This document shows positions 20,185 to 27,792 of a stretch of 64,000 bases of DNA, piece after piece (the first letter of the stretch is position 1; every line of letters starts with the position of its first letter). The DNA is taken from NCBI GenBank assembly GCA_046350735.1, contig JAXLZU010000002.1, positions 16,219-80,218 on the forward strand. Reading direction: 5' to 3'. The notes below the pieces were generated by a model. It did not search any database, was not told the DNA's origin, and saw only the letters and a list, made by a program, of their open reading frames with translations. A program made the translations under genes and the position numbers. The stretch is from Candidatus Saccharimonadota bacterium. Lineage in GTDB: Bacteria > Patescibacteriota > Saccharimonadia > CAILAD01 > BJGX01.

Positions 20185-20336
20185 GTACAGGTCCTCCCTC
20201 GGGTACAACACCAGGTCTACGGTGTACTGTTTGGTAGTATAGCAAATATAATAATTAATGTCAATAGTTATTAACATTTTATTTATAAAATATCTATTTA
20301 TATCTGATATTTTTTATTATTTTATGTTTATTAGCA

Positions 20337-20367
20337 ATAAAAAAACCGTTTTCAGTACAGAAAACGG
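20337..20367 (-). terminator. rho-independent terminator (minus strand)
   Basis: Hairpin ccgttttc-agtacag-gaaaacgg overlaps the stop of the 20352-20699 gene. It is preceded on the plus strand by A9, which is a T-run on the minus strand. Confidence 0.5.
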
Positions 20368-20699
20368 GTAAAGTATGCTTCGGGCAAGAATGGCCGGATC
20401 ACCGCCAGTGTGGCACGCAAAGCTGCAACCACTGTTGCCACTTCATCAATCGACACATTCCCAGCCTTATGGAGACTCCACACATTCTCCACAATACTGC
20501 ACATACCTAATACATATGCGTAGCACTCGTGCTCGTCTAATAGGTTGATACCCTGCTCTTGCATGGTATCGAGAATAAGCTGATGATGGTCCTCAACCGG
20601 GCCAATGGATGCATTGATATGATTTGCCTGGAGAGTTTCGAGAAGGTCTACAACCAATTCCCAACGAGTAGAAAACTCGGTTACACCCGGCTTTGTCAT
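20352..20699 (-). CDS. hypothetical protein
   Basis: 115-aa ORF with a terminator directly at its stop; no motif recognised. Confidence 0.5.
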   Translation of the reverse strand: MTKPGVTEFSTRWELVVDLLETLQANHINASIGPVEDHHQLILDTMQEQGINLLDEHECYAYVLGMCSIVENVWSLHKAGNVSIDEVATVVAALRATLAVIRPFLPEAYFTRFLY

Positions 20700-20831
20700 T
20701 GGTCTGCACTCTTTTCTTTAGGTACGGGTAAATCCGGGTAATTATATCTGTAAAAACATATTTAGTCAAGCATTAACACTTTTACATATAATAAATGCGC
20801 CCCGCCATAGGTTGGCAGGGCGAAACAATTG

Positions 20832-21131
20832 TTACTGAATTCGAACTTTGTGGGGGCACGATGGTGCCGTTTGGTTTTGCGGAACGATTGTCGATCTTCG
20901 ACCAAATAGCGATCGGCAAAACCATATGAGAACCTTTATGACTGTCTTGGCTCCAAGCTCAGTTACTCGGATACCGAGACGCTCTACATCTGTTAGGTAG
21001 TCATTGAAGTCCTTACGAACTTCGTGGTGCAGTTCTGGCACGTAGTTCTCCTCTTCGGAGATGGTTGCTGCTTACTCGAGCAGCCCTACAGGATTCAGCC
21101 TGGGAGGCCTTCTCCACCATATTTACTCATG
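20832..21131 (-). pseudogene. possible decayed gene (strong RBS + 11-codon ORF MSKYGGEGLPG*, then out-of-frame 69-codon ORF)
   Basis: AAGGAGA sits 6 nt before the ATG at 21131, followed by a stop after 11 codons. The downstream ORF 20832-21041 (…VPELHHEVRKDFNDYLTDVERLGIRVTELGAK…) is in a different frame and has no proper start. Confidence 0.25.
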
Positions 21132-21281
21132 GTGGTCTCCTTCTACTACATTACCTTCGCCATTACCCCAGTGGCCACCCGCAAGCGGGTACAAACGGGC
21201 GTTTTGGCTGTGGCAGATTGCTCTACCTAAGCCAAAAAATGACTCTCTTATAATACTTTATAATAGTTAATTTGTCAATAC

Positions 21282-22076
21282 TTATTGACGTTTCTTATTC
21301 TCTGCTAGCTCAAATAACTGCCGGAGAGTCTCGACAATTTTTGGACTTTCTATTAATATACCAACACTTTTTTCGCCTGCGTAAGTAATAAATGAGGCCC
21401 TATTGGGATAAAGATTAATTTCTGCCTGAAATTCTTTATCTACACGAGTAAGTTTTTTTATGAGACTTTTCTTCTGAGCAGACAACTCTGTCTCTTTAGA
21501 ATAGTAAATTGTCTCAGCAACAATACCCTTTTTAATTCGGCGACTAACGCCCGAGGTAGTTGGGTCGGCTTTAATAGCTTGGTCGTAATTAACAACACTG
21601 TAGATAATATCGTCTTTCTTTGCTTTGCGAATAAGCTCTTGGCTGAGCTGATTAGACCCCTCAAGCCCTTTATAAAATCGCACCTGAGGAGCATCATCTC
21701 CATCGGTAGCTCGCGAAGTTTCTCGTAGCTTGGGCATAAGACTCTTTAGCTCATCACTTCGAGAAGCAATTTCGTTTTTTTGCTTATCTAAATATCTAGC
21801 GATAGCTTCTGGCTGCTCGGCTACGTATACAGTTTTTTTGCCTTCTTGGCTTTCTGATACTAAGCCCATTTTGGCAAGCTCGTCTAAAATAACGTATGCG
21901 GTAGCACGATTTACCTCAGCTTGTGAGGCAATTTTTTGTACGGCGCTTGGGCCCAAAAATAATGCCGCCACGTATACACGGGCTTGCTTGTCGGTAAAAC
22001 CAACAGATTGTAATTGGGCGGCTAGTTCTGATATTTGCATAAGCTCTATACTAGCATACGTAGCCAATGTTGTCAA
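21282..22076 (-). CDS. TrmB-family transcriptional regulator
   Basis: N-terminal winged-HTH (FTDKQARVYVAALFLGPSAVQKIASQAEVNRATAYVILDEL) plus a C-terminal TrmB-like effector domain. Confidence 0.75.
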   Translation of the reverse strand: MTTLATYASIELMQISELAAQLQSVGFTDKQARVYVAALFLGPSAVQKIASQAEVNRATAYVILDELAKMGLVSESQEGKKTVYVAEQPEAIARYLDKQKNEIASRSDELKSLMPKLRETSRATDGDDAPQVRFYKGLEGSNQLSQELIRKAKKDDIIYSVVNYDQAIKADPTTSGVSRRIKKGIVAETIYYSKETELSAQKKSLIKKLTRVDKEFQAEINLYPNRASFITYAGEKSVGILIESPKIVETLRQLFELAENKKRQ

Positions 22077-22125
22077 TATATGTCAACATAAAATGAATAC
22101 TCCACCTATCAAGTGATAGGTGGAG

Positions 22126-22335
22126 TTAATTTGTTTGAGTTGCTCGAAAGTGCTCAACTTTCAGCTGACAGAAAGTACAGGTTGCCAGGTGGGCTAATTG
22201 AAAATCACGAGAATCTTTAGATACAAACAGATTGTCAATTATTTCTTTTGGCTGAACGAATCCACAGCCAGCTGTAGGCTGTGAAACAAATTCAAAAGGT
22301 CCGAAAAGTTCTTTATCTTCCGCCTGTTCTTGCAT
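22126..22335 (-). CDS. small hypothetical protein
   Basis: 69-aa ORF; no motif. Confidence 0.3.
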   Translation of the reverse strand: MQEQAEDKELFGPFEFVSQPTAGCGFVQPKEIIDNLFVSKDSRDFQLAHLATCTFCQLKVEHFRATQTN

Positions 22336-22422
22336 TTCTCACCCCCTTGTGTGGTGATAGTGGAACATAGGCATTTCCGGAAATACAATATACTATTTAA
22401 TTAGATAATTGTCAATATTAAA

Positions 22423-23282
22423 TTATTCTATTGCAGCTCGAATTCTTTGCTCGAGTTCTCTCTTTTGATCTTCACGCACGTCAAATCCTTCAATTTGATT
22501 CTGATTAATTGCAACTTCTTTTTGCCGTGAACCAAGATCGTCAATATTACCGCCAGTTTTAATATCTATGGCAACCTCTCGCCCATCACGTGTAGTAATA
22601 ACCATATCGGTACCCTTAGCATCTTCGGACTGAGTACTTAGTCTTACTCTATCACTTCCATATAGTTGCCGAGCCAAACGAGCAACGGCAACCTCTGATC
22701 CCATTCCGCCACTACCTTACGTGCAGTACCACCAGCACCTTGCATGGCCCTTTCTATCCAGTTTTCCACATCTTTTCTTGGTACTACATCTGCCACTGTA
22801 TCAATCAGTTCTCTTAGTTTGTGATTCCAGGGTAAAATCTTTGCTGCTTCGAGTTTGCGCTGACTACGCAAACTACTTCGCTCAGTTGCTAGCTCTGGAG
22901 GAAGTTGATGGTTTGGTTGATCTTTGGCTATTTTCTTTAGCTGACTTAAACGGTCATTAATTTTATTCAGACCTTCTTGAACCCTGGCAGCCTCGGGGGC
23001 AGATAGAATAACATCGGCTAAATTAGCTAGCTCGGCATATTCGGCATTATTGACATATTTTTCTCTAGTACGGGCTAAGGCAATTGCCAGCGCAGAAGGA
23101 AGGCGCATCTCTGTGGGAGTTTTATTACCAGGATTATCGATAACATCTTTTTGCTCGTTTTTGATTGATAGAAAGATATCATTAACCTCCCACTCAAATG
23201 TCTCTTTATCTATCACATCTAAATGCGGCAAGGCATCTGGCCCAGACCCAGTAGGCGGTAATTTTGCTTCCATTATGCTCAT
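22423..23282 (-). pseudogene. frameshifted gene: N-terminal 212-codon ORF + C-terminal 93-codon ORF carrying a PD-(D/E)xK-like motif
   Basis: ORFs 22644-23282 and 22423-22704 overlap by 61 nt in different frames. The downstream part contains GTDMVITTRDGREVAIDIKTGG (D...ExK/DIK), a restriction-endonuclease-like pattern. Confidence 0.35.
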
Positions 23283-23404
23283 ACGTATTATTGTATCTTA
23301 ACGTGTTACTCAAACAACCCTTTACAGAAAGGGAAATATTTGCTATGATAGCTGCTGTTACATTCTTATCTAAAGAATAAAGAAAAAGGAATTTAGAGAA
23401 ACCT

Positions 23405-23794
23405 ATGCCAATTATTAAATCAGCTCAAAAACGTATGCGCCAAGAAAAAAAGCGCCGAGCTTATAATACTGCCACCAAAACAGGTGTAAAAAAACAATTT
23501 AGAGCTGTAAGAGACGAGCTTGCTGCAGGCAAACCAAAAGATAATACCGCACTTATTGCAGCTATTGCCGAGATAGACAAAGCAGTAAAACGTGGTGTTA
23601 TTCACAAGCGCACTGCTGCCCGTAAAAAATCTCGTCTTACCAAGGCGTATAATACTGCAGCCGCCAAACCATTTGGTACCGAAAACCCTGGCAAACCAGG
23701 TAGTAAAGCCAAAAAACCTGCAACAAAGAAACCTGCTGCTAAGAAGGCTCCAGCCAAAAAGGCTGCTGCTAAAAAACCAACAGCAAAGAAATAA
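23405..23794 (+). CDS. rpsT: 30S ribosomal protein S20 with Lys/Ala-rich C-terminal tail
   Basis: N-terminus MPIIKSAQKRMRQEKKRRAYN... matches S20. The C-terminal ~45 aa form a histone-H1-like AKKPAAKK repeat. Confidence 0.9.
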   Translation: MPIIKSAQKRMRQEKKRRAYNTATKTGVKKQFRAVRDELAAGKPKDNTALIAAIAEIDKAVKRGVIHKRTAARKKSRLTKAYNTAAAKPFGTENPGKPGSKAKKPATKKPAAKKAPAKKAAAKKPTAKK

Positions 23795-23796
23795 TA

Positions 23797-23827
23797 TAAA
23801 AAATCGCCCATTTGTAGGGCGATTTTT
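23797..23827. terminator. bidirectional rho-independent terminator
   Basis: Hairpin atcgccc-atttgta-gggcgat (23803-23822) flanked by an A-run (5') and a T-run (3'). It serves both rpsT (+) and holA (-). Confidence 0.7.
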
Positions 23828-23835
23828 ATTACATG

Positions 23836-24759
23836 CTACATTTTACCAAGTGTTATTAACAGTTCTTCTAGAGCTGCATTCGAGCTGCTCTGCCCAGTCT
23901 TTATTGTCATATCTGCATCTATAATAGCTTTGTAGGCAGCCTTTATCTTATCTAGTGTAAGTGTTCGGGCAATACTTTGGCTTTTCGAAACAGCATAAGG
24001 TGCAAGACCAAACTGTTTTGCCCAGCCCGAAGTATCGCCCTCATGAATTTTACAGAGTGTCAAAACTCGGTATTGATACATAATGGCACCAAGAATCTTC
24101 TGGTCGGGCTCATTTTGTGCAACCAAGCTACGATACGTATCTACGGCCTTGCCAACCTGTTGTTTGGCAAGTGCATCAGTCATAACAAAGACAGAATACT
24201 CTACATTTGGCACTACCAACTTATCGATAGAATCAATGGTAAGTGTTGGATTATAATTAACCAATTTTTGAATTTCGTTTTGCAATTGCCATTGGTCGAA
24301 ACCTACTTTTTCTATGAGTACAGAAATTGTTCTATTGTCGATAGTTGCACCCTCGTTTGCTACTAACTTTCGTATCCAGCCAACCAGTTGTGGCTGGCTA
24401 AGGTTATCAAATTTTTTGGCGTTTTTTAGGCTAGAAAGCACTTTATATACTGCACTACGCTTATCTGGGTTGCTATCAATTAATACCAGAATGGTCGACT
24501 CTGATACCATCCCTAACATTTGCTCTAACTTAGCCTTTTCCAATTTTAACAAGCCAAAGTCTCGCACAATAAGTAGCCTACTACTGGCAAACATAGGTAT
24601 TACTCCAAGAGAATTTAACAGCTTAGAGAGCGGATCGCTCGACATATCAAACCGTTCTATCTCGAGCGAACCACCCGTCTTCTTCTGATATTGCTCGCTT
24701 AGGGCACTTAATTGCTGCTGAATAGCAAAACTATTCTCACCATAAAAATAAAAAATCAT
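23836..24759 (-). CDS. holA: DNA polymerase III delta subunit
   Basis: 307 aa with the overall HolA architecture (MIFYFYGENSF...) and C-terminal helical domains. Confidence 0.8.
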   Translation of the reverse strand: MIFYFYGENSFAIQQQLSALSEQYQKKTGGSLEIERFDMSSDPLSKLLNSLGVIPMFASSRLLIVRDFGLLKLEKAKLEQMLGMVSESTILVLIDSNPDKRSAVYKVLSSLKNAKKFDNLSQPQLVGWIRKLVANEGATIDNRTISVLIEKVGFDQWQLQNEIQKLVNYNPTLTIDSIDKLVVPNVEYSVFVMTDALAKQQVGKAVDTYRSLVAQNEPDQKILGAIMYQYRVLTLCKIHEGDTSGWAKQFGLAPYAVSKSQSIARTLTLDKIKAAYKAIIDADMTIKTGQSSSNAALEELLITLGKM

Positions 24760-24944
24760 ACCTTATAGAATAAAGGATAAAGTGCAATCTATAAAGCTAA
24801 AGAGTTCTTACTTTCGCCATCTATGGCTCATCAGTACAGCTTACATCTGTAGAGTAAGAAGAAGAGAGGAAATAGTGCAGGCTAAGGGTTGGGAGTATAA
24901 CAGATCGAATATTCGATACGTTAGGGACTCCCAATACCCAGCCC

Positions 24945-25166
24945 TTATGGCCATCTACGTGCTCGGTCCAAGTCTCGCTGCAAATCGCGTATGCGCGTAC
25001 GATCGTTTCTGCGAGCTCGCACGAGCAAGCCAACGGCAACCACAAGACCAGCAATGAAAGCAACCAACAGAATGTAGCCAAAGTAACTTGAGACAATTGC
25101 CAGCAAGAAAACAAGCCCGATAACAGCAAAAATGAGCTTCAGAAGATTATCATAAAACTTCTGCAT
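24945..25166 (-). CDS. small membrane protein
   Basis: 73 aa with two hydrophobic helices and an R-rich tail. Confidence 0.35.
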   Translation of the reverse strand: MQKFYDNLLKLIFAVIGLVFLLAIVSSYFGYILLVAFIAGLVVAVGLLVRARRNDRTRIRDLQRDLDRARRWP

Positions 25167-25246
25167 CTCAACCTCTTCCTCTCTTCAGGTACATCAACCC
25201 TTTTGGGCGATAAAGTATCATATCAATCTTAAGAGTATATGTCAAA

Positions 25247-26137
25247 CTATTTTGACACTTTTTTTGAGAGTCGCTGGCACTTTGGACAAAAATGTGTACC
25301 ACGCCCGGCCACTCGGGTTTTTTGAATAATACCTCCGCATACCGGGCACTCTTTGCCCTCGCGGCGAAAAACCTTGGCAAACTTGAGATAACTCCCTTTA
25401 TTACCTTTAGCGTCCACATAGTTTTTGTCGGACGAGCCACCCAGACGAATACTTAACAGCATCACCTCTCTTAGAGAATTAAATAGCCTGTGCAGCTTAA
25501 CCGTGCTTACATCTGCTACCTTGGTAGCTGGGTGTATTCTCGCTGCAAACAGGCCCTCATCGGCGTAGATATTTCCTACCCCTGCTACTACTGTCTGGTC
25601 GAGTATGGCGGCTTTTATAGAAGTATTCTGACGTTTTTGTACAGCTGTCTTAAATTGTGCAAACGTATAATTATCTTCTAAAGGCTCTGGCCCCAGCTTA
25701 CGTAAGAAGGCATTACGCTCGTACAATCCTTCTGTCTCTTCGAGCTTTACCCAACCAAATTTGCGCTGATCGTTGAAAAACAGTGTACCTTTAGCAAACT
25801 CAATAATTACTCGAGTAGAATTGTCGGGTAATCGGCTAATAAGACTGTCACTAGGATGTCCACCACCAAAACCCTTACCGTGGGTTGGCCGATACACTAA
25901 TTGGCCGGTCATCTTAAGGTGAATAAGCAAGCTATACCCACTACTGAGTGGAATAATTATTGCTTTGCCGCGCCTGTCTACCGACAAGACGCTGGCACCA
26001 AGCATTTTTTTGCTAACTAGGGTTGCATCGTTAGGAAAGCTTTTGGTCCAATTACTCTCTACATGAGAAATTTTTTGGCCAACCAAAAACTGTGCCAATC
26101 CGGCACGGACAGTCTCTACTTCGGGTAATTCTGGCAT
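25247..26137 (-). CDS. mutM: formamidopyrimidine-DNA glycosylase (Fpg/MutM)
   Basis: The true start is MPELPEVE (catalytic Pro2), so the start is moved to 26137. It has an H2TH domain and a C-terminal zinc finger CPVCGG...CPKC. Confidence 0.9.
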   Translation of the reverse strand: MPELPEVETVRAGLAQFLVGQKISHVESNWTKSFPNDATLVSKKMLGASVLSVDRRGKAIIIPLSSGYSLLIHLKMTGQLVYRPTHGKGFGGGHPSDSLISRLPDNSTRVIIEFAKGTLFFNDQRKFGWVKLEETEGLYERNAFLRKLGPEPLEDNYTFAQFKTAVQKRQNTSIKAAILDQTVVAGVGNIYADEGLFAARIHPATKVADVSTVKLHRLFNSLREVMLLSIRLGGSSDKNYVDAKGNKGSYLKFAKVFRREGKECPVCGGIIQKTRVAGRGTHFCPKCQRLSKKVSK

Positions 26138-26186
26138 ATCTGTATTATACCAAGCCAACCGAATAATTGACTAATAATTAATTTTA

Positions 26187-26483
26187 ATGTATTATTGCAA
26201 ACGATTTCGTACCCCTTCTGCAGAGGAGAAGCAGATGTTCTCGCTATTCGCCGAGGCATTGCCTCAACCCGTATCTGAGCCGGTTCATTACAGTGCTTGG
26301 TCGTATGCTCTTGCCTATTTCTCAATAGCTGCCATTGTGATCTGCATAGTGCTGGTGCTGCGTAAAACCAACCCTGCTCTGGCAAAACCGCAAGTTCTAA
26401 TAATTGCACTGCTTCTTAGCATGTTGTGTCTGCCGATGGCAATTATCTACCTAGTAGTGGTTGCCAAAGACGCTGCGAGCTAA
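26187..26483 (+). CDS. small membrane protein (hypothetical)
   Basis: 98 aa with two TM helices. Confidence 0.35.
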   Translation: MYYCKRFRTPSAEEKQMFSLFAEALPQPVSEPVHYSAWSYALAYFSIAAIVICIVLVLRKTNPALAKPQVLIIALLLSMLCLPMAIIYLVVVAKDAAS

Positions 26484-26778
26484 TATGTATGTAGCACTTA
26501 CAGGCGAGGTAGCTCCAACAATACAAAGAGGCGAAATAGTAATTGTAACAAATATTTTGGCTTCATCTGGTCTGCGTGACGAACCTAGACAGAGCTATAC
26601 CAGATATTTGGCAGATGTATTTACTGCCAAAGCTATTCTTTCTGGCGATATTAGTAAAGAATGGCATGTTACTAGCAGTACCGATACCAAAATTTTGTTA
26701 CTCTTCAATGGTAGTAGCAAAGAATTTCTGGGTAATCCTGATGACATTTTCGAATTAAAAAGCATTCTTCTTCAATAA
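26461..26778 (+). CDS. hypothetical protein
   Basis: 105-aa ORF; no motif. Confidence 0.35.
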   Translation: MPKTLRANMYVALTGEVAPTIQRGEIVIVTNILASSGLRDEPRQSYTRYLADVFTAKAILSGDISKEWHVTSSTDTKILLLFNGSSKEFLGNPDDIFELKSILLQ

Positions 26779-26892
26779 GGGCTCTGTGACACCAGCAGGG
26801 CCCTTTTACTATATAATTGACATATTATAATTAATATGATAGTATAATTGGGTCCGAAGCATAACCCCGACTGAATATCAGGAGGAAGTACC

Positions 26893-27483
26893 TTGCCAGT
26901 AGCACCCGTGATGTTGCAGTACTGGTTTCGACAAGAAAAGCAGATCCCAACCTACCTTCGTGGCCTCGAGTCGCGCGAAGATCATCTTGGATTCGATCTC
27001 TCAGCTGCGCCGGGCGATGAGTTAATCGCGAAGACGCATGGTGAAGCAATTGACACCTCTAGCCTGCACGAAGAACTGCTGGCTGGTGGTCTCTTGCTGA
27101 CTCATGCGAGTCGAGTTGATCGCATCTTCAGCGCAGATGAGTCTCTCGACGAGCGCTTCTATTACGTATTTCGCTTTCACTATTTCCCCGAACAGACTGC
27201 TGTCCCTCGCGAAGGCGTCGACACCGAGCAGCTCGTGCTGAGTCTCGAGGAGATCAACAAGATGGCATTCTGGGGCGTACGTGCCGATCTCAACAACGGC
27301 AGGTATGGCCCCTGGATCTCGGTGAGCTGCAAGGGGCGCGTTCAGCGCTACACTGCAGAAGACCTGTCGCGTCCAGAGATGCGCAACATCTATGATGCAC
27401 GTGGTGACAAGATCGGTTCGGCTCCGGTAGCCGCCGATCGCGTGCTGCATTATCTGGGTGACAATCGACTCAGTCTTAGTTGA
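26893..27483 (+). CDS. GC-rich orphan gene, hypothetical protein
   Basis: ~55% GC. TTG start at 26893, 8 nt after an AGGAGG RBS. 196 aa with no recognisable motif. Followed by the hairpin ggctgcaac...gttgcagcc. Confidence 0.55.
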   Translation: MPVAPVMLQYWFRQEKQIPTYLRGLESREDHLGFDLSAAPGDELIAKTHGEAIDTSSLHEELLAGGLLLTHASRVDRIFSADESLDERFYYVFRFHYFPEQTAVPREGVDTEQLVLSLEEINKMAFWGVRADLNNGRYGPWISVSCKGRVQRYTAEDLSRPEMRNIYDARGDKIGSAPVAADRVLHYLGDNRLSLS

Positions 27484-27517
27484 TCAAAAAGAACTAAGTA
27501 AGACAATTACACTTATA

Positions 27518-27541
27518 GGCTGCAACAGCAATGTTGCAGCC
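27518..27541 (+). terminator. possible terminator hairpin
   Basis: A 9-bp stem ggctgcaac/gttgcagcc followed by a weak U-tract (atcttta). Confidence 0.3.
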
Positions 27542-27552
27542 ATCTTTATATG

Positions 27553-27792
27553 CTATCGTTTGCAAGCCAAAATATCATAACTAGGATTGCGTCCAAGAGT
27601 TTCTTCGAGACTTGTCTTAGGAAATACAGTCTGCTCGGGAAGATTCTTTCTTACACACAATGTATGGTGCGTAATAGAAAAAACAATACCTACCCCAAAA
27701 ATAATAATAAAAACAAATAAAAACATTAATACGTTGCCAGTAAATTCTATTCCTGACTCTTCTTGATGTGGCATTAGTCTAAATCTCCCCAA
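27553..27792 (-). CDS. small membrane protein (hypothetical)
   Basis: 79-aa ORF overlapping the polA start by 19 nt, with one TM helix. Confidence 0.3.
   Translation of the reverse strand: MGRFRLMPHQEESGIEFTGNVLMFLFVFIIIFGVGIVFSITHHTLCVRKNLPEQTVFPKTSLEETLGRNPSYDILACKR

Noticed and set aside
24821-25440. ORFs 24821-25129 and 25168-25440 on the minus strand
   Set aside because: They overlap the small membrane-protein gene and mutM in alternative frames.
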